64,000 bases of DNA from a virus. Taxonomy: Duplodnaviria > Caudoviricetes. Below, one piece after another: positions 48,772-57,634 of the stretch. The translations under genes and the position numbers were made by a program. Location of the stretch: positions 1 to 64,000 of IMG/VR virus record IMGVR_UViG_3300021958_000023, one strand, 5' to 3'. Within the stretch, counting starts at the first letter, position 1. Each line of letters begins with the position of its first letter. The notes beneath the pieces were generated by a model, which worked only from the letters and a program-made list of their open reading frames with translations, was not told the DNA's origin and did no database searches.

Positions 48772-49332
48772 TTTTCTCTCAATAGTAAAAGAAACAGGGG
48801 GTGGATTAGGAGCAATATTAAAACTAATAATAGCTTTTGGTATATCTTTATCTATATGTCTATTACTAGTATGTCCTATAAAAGATGGAAATATTATCAC
48901 ATCTCCTTCGTCCACTGTTGGAGTTACAGAATCTATATTACCATCATAAGGAGTTCCAAAAGGGCTATAAAAACTAGTACCCCCACTAGGAGGAACATCA
49001 ATATACAGAATAGCACTATAGCCTAGAGCTCCATGATTATGATAAGGATGAGATCCTCCATAGGCATAGTGTTGAAACCACATCTCACTAATTATAAGTT
49101 TTTCTAACCCTACCTGTTCTTTCCATTCAAATAGTTCTTTTTCTATAGTTTGAAACACAAATTTTGTGTATTGCTTTTTACTAAGGTTTTCCCAAAAGTC
49201 TGTAGCTATACCTGTATTTTCATCTACACCTATTGCAGGTAGTAACGTAAGCAATTCTTCTTTTTTATTTTTCCAATCAGAAACTCTAAATCTCCAATAA
49301 GGAACTCTAAATAAGTCTCTTTGTTGTATCAT
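48766..49332 (-). CDS. Putative 2OG-Fe(II) oxygenase (TIGR02466-like)
   Basis: MWFQ, HNHG..GYSAILY, IFPSFIGH, IISFN. Confidence 0.85.
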   Translation of the reverse strand: MIQQRDLFRVPYWRFRVSDWKNKKEELLTLLPAIGVDENTGIATDFWENLSKKQYTKFVFQTIEKELFEWKEQVGLEKLIISEMWFQHYAYGGSHPYHNHGALGYSAILYIDVPPSGGTSFYSPFGTPYDGNIDSVTPTVDEGDVIIFPSFIGHTSNRHIDKDIPKAIISFNIAPNPPPVSFTIERKS

Positions 49333-50027
49333 ATATCGCCTATCATTGGAAAAATTTCTGCAATTACTTTTGCACAAGCGTGTGCAATTTCCATGTGTTC
49401 TAATTGTGTTCCATTAGCTCCACGTAGATCGATATAGTGAATCCATGAACGTAAAGTACCGTTCATATATAAACGTGTTTTAGTCAATCCTTCTGGTAAC
49501 ACAACACGAGCCTGTTCTTTAGCAATACCGTTTTCTATAGCCCAATTGTATGCGTTACTAGCTGCTAGAATAACTTGATCTTGTTTAGACAACCATTGTT
49601 GTTGTAAAGCAGCTTGTTCTTTGCTTTCTAACTCACTGTCTTCTAAAGAGATACTATTTTGTCTATTCTTTTTATCTTGTAATCTCGCATCTCTACGAGT
49701 AAAAATTTCTCCTAAACTTTTAGGATTAGCGTAACGCTGACTAAACTCTTGAAATGAAAAAGAACGATGACGCACAATTTGATGTGCGATATCACGAGTA
49801 GTTTCAATTTCTAAACACACATTTACCATCTCAAAAGGAGACCAATGTTTATGTTGCATTAAATAGTATAGTAGCTTTTCAGAAGTTTCTTCATTGATTT
49901 GATTTCCTGGATTAGAAACTCTTGCACAATAGGCAACTAGTCCTTTTATATCTCTTACACTACTGTTAGTATCAAATAGTTCTTTAGATACTGTACTATA
50001 AGAAACTAATTTAACTTTCGTATCCAT
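49329..50027 (-). CDS. thyX: FAD-dependent thymidylate synthase
   Basis: HWSPFE, RHRSFSFQEFSQRY, AKEQAR.VLP, GTLRSW.HY. Confidence 0.96.
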   Translation of the reverse strand: MDTKVKLVSYSTVSKELFDTNSSVRDIKGLVAYCARVSNPGNQINEETSEKLLYYLMQHKHWSPFEMVNVCLEIETTRDIAHQIVRHRSFSFQEFSQRYANPKSLGEIFTRRDARLQDKKNRQNSISLEDSELESKEQAALQQQWLSKQDQVILAASNAYNWAIENGIAKEQARVVLPEGLTKTRLYMNGTLRSWIHYIDLRGANGTQLEHMEIAHACAKVIAEIFPMIGDI

Positions 50028-50346
50028 TATTTTCCTCTATTTTTTCTGCTCTAATTTTTTCATACTCTTTAAAATCAGATTCCAAAACATCATGATTATG
50101 CAAAGCCAAAAGCCCGTAGTGTATAATTTTTAATAAGTCTTGACGATTTTTACCTGATTTTTTACCGTATCTTTGGGAGTATTTCATTATATTACCTATA
50201 GCGAAACCCTCACCTTGTCCAGAGTCGATAATAAACTCTGTGGCTTGAAACTTATTCAAAGAGTAATGCTGAGTATAAGTTTTATCTATATACTCAGCAA
50301 TCTCCTGTAGTAGAGCAGGCTCGTTGTATTTATAGTCTATGCTCAT
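50011..50346 (-). CDS. DUF3310-like conserved phage protein
   Basis: YI..TY..HY...F.IGN..KY..RYGKK...DL.KI.HY. Confidence 0.75.
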   Translation of the reverse strand: MSIDYKYNEPALLQEIAEYIDKTYTQHYSLNKFQATEFIIDSGQGEGFAIGNIMKYSQRYGKKSGKNRQDLLKIIHYGLLALHNHDVLESDFKEYEKIRAEKIEENNGYES

Positions 50347-50609
50347 GCAGTTCTCATTTTAATTTGAGCAGGACGTGGAAATCCCCACACATCATTAGTT
50401 TTTACTCTAATAAAGCGTTTATTTGTTTCTTCTTTATTAGGATTTTCTACGGTAATCCAAGGGTTTTCACCTTTAGCCCAATGTTTAGTAATATTTGCTG
50501 TTTTCCAATCAGCAGAACGTTCACGCCTACACATCTTAAGAATTTTCTTAGATACGCTAGAGCGCTCACCTTTAGATACATAATGTTTTCCAGATGACTT
50601 TTTTGCCAT
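50343..50609 (-). CDS. Conserved basic phage protein
   Basis: YVSKGER...W.KG.NPWIT..NPN..ETNKRFI. Confidence 0.65.
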   Translation of the reverse strand: MAKKSSGKHYVSKGERSSVSKKILKMCRRERSADWKTANITKHWAKGENPWITVENPNKEETNKRFIRVKTNDVWGFPRPAQIKMRTA

Positions 50610-50651
50610 AACAATCTCCTCTTGATTTTCTATATTCTAACAAATATAGAA

Positions 50652-50846
50652 CTAACAAGCAAGATGATTGTTACTTTTATTGAATACTGATTGGTAGGGA
50701 ATTTCATAAAGCTCATTACTTTGATCAAATGCGTTTATACATTTTTCACAATGTAAAAGAGAAGTGGGAAAAAATGTCCCACTTCCTATAATAGTGTTTT
50801 GCTTTGTTTCACAATACGGACACTTAACTGTTGCTACGTAATACAT
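50652..50846 (-). CDS. Small zinc-ribbon protein
   Basis: CPYC...CEKC. Confidence 0.5.
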   Translation of the reverse strand: MYYVATVKCPYCETKQNTIIGSGTFFPTSLLHCEKCINAFDQSNELYEIPYQSVFNKSNNHLAC

Positions 50847-51564
50847 GCTCTATTTTGTTTTTATACTTTGTCATGCTATGGTCATATATGCCATCAAAAA
50901 GTTGAAACTTTTTTAACGCCGTGCTACGGCCTCTCCACCCGTCTTTAAACTTTTGCCAGGCGGTTGGTTTTCTTATATTTCCATAGTGGTTAATATAACA
51001 TAGATTACCATAATGTTTGTATCCTAGCAAGCAAAAAGGTACTTTGGGAACAAGATCGTTATTATTGACAAACCTATAGTGTGTAAAGGTTTGCTGCTTG
51101 CACCAAACTCTATTTCCAACTCTAGGAGAGCCGAAACTATACACAGTACAGTCTTTAATTCTAGAACCAGCTAGAGTAGCTAAAGCTCCTCCTAAAGAAT
51201 GTCCACATACTATAATAGGGTTATTCTTGCTGGACTCTATCCATTTTACAATGTTTGCCCATACATCGTCTAAAGACTCTTTAAAACCAAAATGAACTCT
51301 TCCAGTAGTATCTGATTTAGTTTTCCACCCTCTTAAATCAGCCTGTATGTCTTTAAATTTATTTGGTTCTGTTCCTCTAAAAACAATATAGTTATAACCG
51401 TTTAAAACGAAGCAAGCTGCTTCAGTTCCATCATGTTTAAAAAATTCAAAATCACCTATGCCTCCTAATTGAGAAATTTTAGATAACATCTCTTCTTTTG
51501 GAGAATATACATAAGCAGCAGCCGCTGCACAAATAGCAGCTTGGTTCAAAGTTGTCGCATCCAT
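50824..51564 (-). CDS. Class 3 lipase
   Basis: FRGT, VHFGF, GHSLGGALA, FGSPRVG, DLVP, DH. Confidence 0.92.
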   Translation of the reverse strand: MDATTLNQAAICAAAAAYVYSPKEEMLSKISQLGGIGDFEFFKHDGTEAACFVLNGYNYIVFRGTEPNKFKDIQADLRGWKTKSDTTGRVHFGFKESLDDVWANIVKWIESSKNNPIIVCGHSLGGALATLAGSRIKDCTVYSFGSPRVGNRVWCKQQTFTHYRFVNNNDLVPKVPFCLLGYKHYGNLCYINHYGNIRKPTAWQKFKDGWRGRSTALKKFQLFDGIYDHSMTKYKNKIEHVLRSNS

Positions 51565-51572
51565 GTCAGCAC

Positions 51573-51896
51573 CTATTTCTTTTTAAGCGCATCAGCACCA
51601 AAAAAAGCAGATACTAATACTGCAATAGATGCAAAATATGTTGGAGCGATATCAGCAATTAAATTTGCTGCAGTATCAAGGCCTAGTAAAGATGTTAAAG
51701 CAATACCGATTGGATATACTAATAGACCAAAAAGAGAAAACCAGGCCATTTTACGAATAGCATCTCTTTGAGCGTCATTATCTTCTAGTTCTTTACGTTT
51801 AAACTCTAGATACATCTTATGTTCTTCTGGAGTTACTACGCCGTCGCCATCACTATCAGCCGGGTGATACCCAGCTTTCTGAATTTCTTCCGTCAT
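51573..51896 (-). CDS. EF-hand-containing two-TM membrane protein (holin-like)
   Basis: DSDGDGVVTPEE loop; two hydrophobic helices; lysis-gene context. Confidence 0.55.
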   Translation of the reverse strand: MTEEIQKAGYHPADSDGDGVVTPEEHKMYLEFKRKELEDNDAQRDAIRKMAWFSLFGLLVYPIGIALTSLLGLDTAANLIADIAPTYFASIAVLVSAFFGADALKKK

Positions 51897-51915
51897 TTTT
51901 CATCCTTTCATTCTT

Positions 51916-52242
51916 TTAAGAATCTTGGTAATTATTATTCTTATCTTGAGGGTTTTGTTGTTGTTGTATTCTAATAGTATCTTCAAGTAGTACTATTCTA
52001 TTTTCAAGTTCATCAATTTTCTTTGTGACATATGGATACTTCTTTCTCCATGCATCGGTCGGTTGTTCAAACCATGTCCAACCGTATTTAGCAACAAGAT
52101 AATCGAGGAACTGATCTAATTTAGCATAGCACCATAGACCAGCTCTCGTATCTTTAAAATATGCTAGGAAGGCTGCGCCAAGAAGTGAGCCTCCTATAGC
52201 TGTATATATCCATAGCGTATCTTCAAACATTCTCGCGATCAT
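51916..52242 (-). CDS. Membrane protein in lysis region
   Basis: N-terminal transmembrane helix; C-terminal coiled coil. Confidence 0.55.
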   Translation of the reverse strand: MIARMFEDTLWIYTAIGGSLLGAAFLAYFKDTRAGLWCYAKLDQFLDYLVAKYGWTWFEQPTDAWRKKYPYVTKKIDELENRIVLLEDTIRIQQQQNPQDKNNNYQDS

Positions 52243-52363
52243 ATGTTTTTCCTAATCCATCTAAATGCTGCATAGGCAACAAGTAAAACTACGATTGTTC
52301 CAATGCCATCGAACCAAGATGTTTCATTCATGGCATGAATAAGATCTGATGTAAACCAATCCA

Positions 52364-52789
52364 TTATTCACACCATCCTTCTTTTGTACCCCCGTCATAA
52401 GGGCGAGCTAATCCAGCATTAATTATCTCATCTTTATAAAGTTTACCATCGAGATAAACATCAACTAATACACGTCCTCCATATTTATCCCATTTTAGAT
52501 TAGCAAATTCAATTTTCTCTGCTTCTCTAAATAGTTTATTAGCTAGTTCTCTGGCTTTTAAAGCTAGCTTCTTTTCTTCATCACACTCAGCACGAATTTC
52601 AGGAGTATCAATTCCTAAAATTCTGACGCTCATTTTTTGAAGAGGTTCTGGAAGTGAGGGGGCAGTTACATAACAAGTATCTCCATCATAACAAAGATTG
52701 TTTCTGTATTCTCTCATTTGTAAAAAATCATCTGCTACAGCCTGTGATACTACAAACAACATTGCAAACATAATTAAATAATATTTCAT
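52364..52789 (-). CDS. Thermonuclease (SNase family) with signal peptide
   Basis: YDGDT, VRILGIDTPE, DKYGGRVL, GLARPYDGG. Confidence 0.9.
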   Translation of the reverse strand: MKYYLIMFAMLFVVSQAVADDFLQMREYRNNLCYDGDTCYVTAPSLPEPLQKMSVRILGIDTPEIRAECDEEKKLALKARELANKLFREAEKIEFANLKWDKYGGRVLVDVYLDGKLYKDEIINAGLARPYDGGTKEGWCE

Positions 52790-53184
52790 TTCTTTTCCTC
52801 TTCCTTTTCTGCTGTTACAGCCTCTTCATAGTAAACTATAATTTCAATTTGTTGATTAATATATCTTTTTAACTCTGCAACGTTTAATGCTAGATTTTCA
52901 TAATCACGCATACTCAAAGCAACAAAAGCAATAGTTCCATATTGCTCTTCATACTCTTTTAAGAATACATCTAGTGTGTCTTTAGTAACTACTCGAACTC
53001 GGGTATCAGTTAGTTGTAGTGGTTTCGGTCTCGACACTTTCGGTATCTGAACTTGCTCCACTTTCGTTACTACTTTGATTTCCGGTTCCGGTGTCCTCCC
53101 TACGCAACCACTCAGGAAGATCATACTCGTTAATATTACCAGTGTCGTCCATAAAGCTACGCCAAAGTTTTGCTGTTGCACCAT
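52786..53184 (-). CDS. Outer-membrane spanin-like lipoprotein
   Basis: Lipobox LSGC, Pro-rich, overlaps the 3' end of the i-spanin-like gene. Confidence 0.65.
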   Translation of the reverse strand: MVQQQNFGVALWTTLVILTSMIFLSGCVGRTPEPEIKVVTKVEQVQIPKVSRPKPLQLTDTRVRVVTKDTLDVFLKEYEEQYGTIAFVALSMRDYENLALNVAELKRYINQQIEIIVYYEEAVTAEKEEEKK

Positions 53185-53509
53185 TCATCTTTCCTTCTAA
53201 TTCTGCAGCGTCTTTTAAAGCGTCTTGAACTAGGTTCATTCTGCTTAGTTTACCACGAAGTTCATCGCCATAAGCTTCAGCTTTTTGTAAATCTGCTGCT
53301 AATTGAGTATTTAACTCTTGCATCTTTGCTGCATTTTGTTGTAAAGAGGCAATACTTGCTTCAGCAGTTTCAACTGCTCCTTCAAGTTTTGCATTATTTT
53401 CTCTTAAAGTTGCTATAGTAGCTTGGGTAGTATCATAATAATACTTAGCTGCATATCCAACACCACCCAAAGCCATAATTATAACAACTAGAATATATAT
53501 TCTAATCAT
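53006..53509 (-). CDS. Inner-membrane spanin-like protein
   Basis: N-terminal transmembrane helix plus long coiled coil; downstream of endolysin. Confidence 0.65.
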   Translation of the reverse strand: MIRIYILVVIIMALGGVGYAAKYYYDTTQATIATLRENNAKLEGAVETAEASIASLQQNAAKMQELNTQLAADLQKAEAYGDELRGKLSRMNLVQDALKDAAELEGKMNGATAKLWRSFMDDTGNINEYDLPEWLRREDTGTGNQSSNESGASSDTESVETETTTTN

Positions 53510-53600
53510 TGCCTACCTTTACCGGTTAAATATTGAGGGTTATTATCTATATTAAACCATTTTTTTAAAAATCTGTCAAATAGTTCTTCTAACCAACTCA

Positions 53601-54041
53601 TCAGATTGCTCTCATACGCGCTACTAGTCTTTCTGCACGATTAGTTACTTGTTTGTACCAACGAGAATCAACCATTTCATCTGCTGCACGATTCCAATCA
53701 CGTGCATCAACACCTGCTTTCATGCCTTTAAATTTTGAGAGACGTGGATAACCGAGGTTAAACATCATATTTGCTATGATTCTTTGAGCTTCTTCTGGCA
53801 AATCGGCAAACTCTGGGTAAAGCTTGTCGCAGTCAGACAAGACTGTTTGGATATCCTGTTCGAAGGCTTCATTGCATCTAGACTCATCAACGGGCGTTCC
53901 GACTTCCCAACCGTGTTCGGGGTCATCATCGCGAACAAGATGACCAATGCCAAAAGTAGGCAAACCAAGGTGGTCCAAATAAATTTCATGTACCACACCT
54001 TCATCATGTGCTATTTCCTCTCTCAATTTTTCTAGGTTCAT
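53601..54041 (-). CDS. Endolysin, T4-lysozyme-like (GH24)
   Basis: DEG...IY.DHLG.PT.GIGHL, NM.FNLG, DSRWY.QV.NRA. Confidence 0.92.
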   Translation of the reverse strand: MNLEKLREEIAHDEGVVHEIYLDHLGLPTFGIGHLVRDDDPEHGWEVGTPVDESRCNEAFEQDIQTVLSDCDKLYPEFADLPEEAQRIIANMMFNLGYPRLSKFKGMKAGVDARDWNRAADEMVDSRWYKQVTNRAERLVARMRAI

Positions 54042-54164
54042 TTTTAATCCTTTCTTCAAGTTGTTTTTTCTGTTTTTGCCACCATTGAGCTCTAGCATCT
54101 ATTTCTTTCATTTCACAGATGCCACATTGTTTATCAGGAAGGCAATCTGAGCAACTATAATGCA

Positions 54165-54371
54165 TTAAAAGTTACTCATATTAAAAGACTCTGATCCAAT
54201 AGTTTTTTCCATATAACAATTGTGATCTGGTTTATCTTTCATTTGAGCTACCCAGTTTAGCTCTTGAATACAGCGATTATACCACTGTTTATCGTGAGGG
54301 TCATGGGCTTTGTTCATATCTTCTTGTAGTTGTTGAATTCTAGTTTGAATATAGCGATCTTGTTTAGTCAT
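54165..54371 (-). CDS. Hypothetical phage protein
   Basis: GGAGG RBS; WYNR.IQEL.W. Confidence 0.6.
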   Translation of the reverse strand: MTKQDRYIQTRIQQLQEDMNKAHDPHDKQWYNRCIQELNWVAQMKDKPDHNCYMEKTIGSESFNMSNF

Positions 54372-54382
54372 CTACACCTCCA

Positions 54383-54523
54383 CTATGATCTATCAGGCTC
54401 CACATCAGATGGTAGTCCATTATAAGGGTCTTCATGAGTTTTACCACAATCACAAACATCACAACCGCAATCACAAGAATCCCAGTTACAATGACAATCG
54501 TGTCCACATTTTTTACATTTCAT
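54383..54523 (-). CDS. Metallothionein-like 46-aa Cys-rich protein (below the ORF-track cutoff)
   Basis: MKCKKCGHDCHCNWDSCDCGCDVCDCGKTHEDPYNGLPSDVEPDRS; 9 Cys; fills the gap between neighbouring genes. Confidence 0.6.
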   Translation of the reverse strand: MKCKKCGHDCHCNWDSCDCGCDVCDCGKTHEDPYNGLPSDVEPDRS

Positions 54524-54524
54524 T

Positions 54525-54758
54525 TTATGTTCCTATTTTAGATATATCTAGTTGATCTATTTGTTGTTGAGTAAGACACAACAGTGTATGTCCTTTTTGG
54601 TTTGGTTCTAATAATAAAATGTCTTGTTTTACACTTGGTTCATTAATATAATAATTCATACAGTTTTCTTTAGTAGAAAAAGAAGGAGATGTCATTTTAT
54701 GAATATTTATCTCTTCTGTATTATTAAAATAAACTAATGCAATGATAAACCACTTCAT
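54525..54758 (-). CDS. Hypothetical small protein
   Basis: MKWFII..F.TKE.C motif. Confidence 0.5.
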   Translation of the reverse strand: MKWFIIALVYFNNTEEINIHKMTSPSFSTKENCMNYYINEPSVKQDILLLEPNQKGHTLLCLTQQQIDQLDISKIGT

Positions 54759-54759
54759 A

Positions 54760-55758
54760 CTATGTTTGAGCTCCTACTGATCCCATTATCCCTACAGAAA
54801 CAGTAAGTTCTCCGACATCTTGATAATTACCATCCGTACTAAAAGAATATTTTTCCATTACATCCGCAAAACCACCTCCGATAGCATATCCAAAAGTAGT
54901 AGAAGAAAGTCCTTGTGCCCCGTCTCTATTTGATGATAGGTCTCCTACATCAGTACCTGTTATCGAACTACCAAACGCAAATTTCTGAATTACGTTCCAT
55001 GCTAGACCACCACTACTTACACCGCCGGCTCCATATCCGTGAGTAGTGCTAGAAGCTCCAGCAAATCCTCTGCCTGTGAAGGCAATCTCTCCTACATCGG
55101 TACTAGAGGTGTCGGTACTAAAAGGAAACTTATCAATAACATCTGTATAAGCAGGCCAGCCTCCAGAAGCATAACCATCTGTGGAAGAAGATTGACCTGA
55201 CCTATACTGATTATTAGTTATTGAAAGTTCTCCTATGTCTGAAGCAGGAGAATCAGTACTAAAAGGAAATTTTTGCATTACATCAGCAATACTGTTTGAT
55301 AAGTAGCCTCCTGTAGTATATCCATTTGTTGATGATGATTGAGAAGCAGTATATGCTAAAGTGCCTGTCAGTTCTCCAACGTCTGTTGCATTTGTTTCCG
55401 AAGAAAAAGGAGTTTTCTGAATAATATCGTATCTAGTAGGAGAATTTAATTCTCCTCCCATAGCATAAGCATCTGTAGAAGATTGAGCACCCGCAATAGA
55501 ATAAGATGGATTAATCAAAGTTGAACTAGTAGAAGAAGGAGAATCTGCTGTAAAATCAATTTTGTGAATAGAGTTATAAGTATAAGCCCCACCAAAGGCA
55601 TAACCAAATGAAGAACCTTGAAATGAATAAGTAGGGGGCGATGTGTAAACACCAGTAATCCACTCAAATGACGCATTGTTTGCTACCCATATCAGGTTGG
55701 ATCCAGGCTTGGCGCCCGTAGTATCTAATGCATTTATACTAACTAGTTTAATAGACAT
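54760..55758 (-). CDS. Adhesin paralogue with KFPFSTD..DVGEL propeller repeats
   Basis: Six repeats matching those of 6238-7335. Confidence 0.7.
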   Translation of the reverse strand: MSIKLVSINALDTTGAKPGSNLIWVANNASFEWITGVYTSPPTYSFQGSSFGYAFGGAYTYNSIHKIDFTADSPSSTSSTLINPSYSIAGAQSSTDAYAMGGELNSPTRYDIIQKTPFSSETNATDVGELTGTLAYTASQSSSTNGYTTGGYLSNSIADVMQKFPFSTDSPASDIGELSITNNQYRSGQSSSTDGYASGGWPAYTDVIDKFPFSTDTSSTDVGEIAFTGRGFAGASSTTHGYGAGGVSSGGLAWNVIQKFAFGSSITGTDVGDLSSNRDGAQGLSSTTFGYAIGGGFADVMEKYSFSTDGNYQDVGELTVSVGIMGSVGAQT

Positions 55759-55767
55759 CTATACTCC

Positions 55768-57270
55768 TTAAGGGTAAGTATTTCCCCATTTAATTCCGAC
55801 TCCTCCAACTTGTCCATTGCCACCGCTTGTAGCAAGGTTTTTAGCATATCCGCCAGGATAAGTACCGAATGAAGGACGGCCAATATACAACATTCCTGAT
55901 CCGGCTCCTCCGCCTCCGCCACCATGAAATGGTCCTGGAGGTGATCCATCTCCGCCAACTGATGATCCGTGTGATAGCGTATAAGGAGGAGCTCCTCCTG
56001 CTCCGCTAGGGCCTTTACCTGTTAATCCTACTCCGCCACCTGCTCCTCCTGTAAGGACATAGGCTGGAAAAAATGGAGAAGTTGTGTTAAAGAAATAAGA
56101 GCGAGATGCTTGACCTCCACCACCACCACCAGCAGGTGCGGGGCTTCCACTACCATTACCCGTATCAACAAAAGGATAATAACTGCCTAAGCTTCCTCCT
56201 CCGCCACCAACACCTTCATATCCAGCAGCTCCCCCACCGCCTCCGCTAGAGATTGAGGGATTTATGTTAAAGCTACCTGATTCAGCATTACCATCATCTG
56301 ACCAACTTCTTCCTCCAACTCCACCTCTGTATTCTCCTGTTGTTCCTGTAATTGTTGGATCAAAAACAAAAGGGGTACTATTAGCTGGGTTTGAGCCTGC
56401 CGATCCAGTGCTGTATCGAGGTACAAGAGTTGATAACCCTCCAACTCCTCCGCCTGCAGAAACTAATGTAGTTCCTCCTCTAGCTATATAGGATGCTCCA
56501 CCATTACCTCCTGCATTTCCTGCTGAGCCATAAACAACACTCCCGCCATTGCCTGCAGCGCCTACAACAACAGTTAAACTTTCTCCTGGAGTAACAGGAA
56601 TCGAATTAGCCCAAGCTAAGTCTCCGCCATTTCCGCCCTTGCCTTGATAATGACTAGGAGAATACATAAGATTAATTTCTGGAGTAAATGGAGAGTTAGC
56701 CGGTGCTCGTGGAAAACCACTGTATGGAGAGCGAGCAGCTCCTCCACCACCTCCGCCTCCGCCTACTACTACAGCACTAATACTTTCAACACCTTCGGGG
56801 ACAACAAAAGTATGGCTTCCAGCAGTAGTAAAATAATTAGATCCTACAGGATCTTGGCTGCTATCTAATATAGTAATAGAAGTATTCACACGTGGATAAC
56901 TATCTAAAGTAATGGTTAAGGTTTCTGTTCCTTCTGTAGTTAAATCTTCTGACGTATTTAAAACAATAGATTCAGCGTTTCCTGTATAAAAAGCTCCTAT
57001 TAAAGGAGCTGAATTAATATCAGCAGAAGAAACTCCTGTAATTGTATAAGCAAAAGATTCTCCATCAGGAGCTCTATTACCATGCTCAAGAGTTATATTA
57101 ATTGATTGGCCTTCATTTACAGAAGTTACATTACTAGAAAGAGAGACAGCATAGGCCCCTGTAGATACCCATTCAAGAGCATTATTAGAGCCTACATAGA
57201 CTAATTCCGCCTCTACTATAGAAGTAGGAGGGCCAGATAACTGAGAAATATCAAATCTTCTCAAACTCAT
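55768..57270 (-). CDS. Gly-rich tail-fibre/adhesin-like protein with an Ig/Calx-like domain
   Basis: SVNEGQS...TEGTETLT.TL; VVGGGGGGG; GGGGGAG runs. Confidence 0.65.
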   Translation of the reverse strand: MSLRRFDISQLSGPPTSIVEAELVYVGSNNALEWVSTGAYAVSLSSNVTSVNEGQSINITLEHGNRAPDGESFAYTITGVSSADINSAPLIGAFYTGNAESIVLNTSEDLTTEGTETLTITLDSYPRVNTSITILDSSQDPVGSNYFTTAGSHTFVVPEGVESISAVVVGGGGGGGGAARSPYSGFPRAPANSPFTPEINLMYSPSHYQGKGGNGGDLAWANSIPVTPGESLTVVVGAAGNGGSVVYGSAGNAGGNGGASYIARGGTTLVSAGGGVGGLSTLVPRYSTGSAGSNPANSTPFVFDPTITGTTGEYRGGVGGRSWSDDGNAESGSFNINPSISSGGGGGAAGYEGVGGGGGSLGSYYPFVDTGNGSGSPAPAGGGGGGQASRSYFFNTTSPFFPAYVLTGGAGGGVGLTGKGPSGAGGAPPYTLSHGSSVGGDGSPPGPFHGGGGGGAGSGMLYIGRPSFGTYPGGYAKNLATSGGNGQVGGVGIKWGNTYP

Positions 57271-57617
57271 TATTTTCTCCTATTAATGCCTCTAGTATAT
57301 TTTTGAGACTTTGGAGGTGATTTTTTTGAACCACTTGGTCCTGCCCAATATACCTTATCTGCCCAATAAGCTGCACTCATTTTGCCTTTTGCAATATTAC
57401 GTGCATGACGAGCTTTAAAAGAGCGTCTTGCTTCTGGTGAATAGTTATGACCCATTGAAGAGTCACCGAAATGGATTAGTTTAATTTTCTCGCCTTCTTT
57501 AGCAAGCACCATTCCTTTTTTGCCTGTTCGATCACTTCTACGTGGTTTGTTAAAACCAGCAAAAGTACGACCTGCATACTTAATCTTGCCTGAAGGGGTT
57601 CTTTCATATTTTGCCAT
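57270..57617 (-). CDS. Conserved basic marine-phage protein
   Basis: FAGFNKP...VLAKEG..IKLIHFG...RRSFKARH...AAYWA. Confidence 0.7.
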   Translation of the reverse strand: MAKYERTPSGKIKYAGRTFAGFNKPRRSDRTGKKGMVLAKEGEKIKLIHFGDSSMGHNYSPEARRSFKARHARNIAKGKMSAAYWADKVYWAGPSGSKKSPPKSQKYTRGINRRK

Positions 57618-57634
57618 TTTTCTATCCTTTGTTG

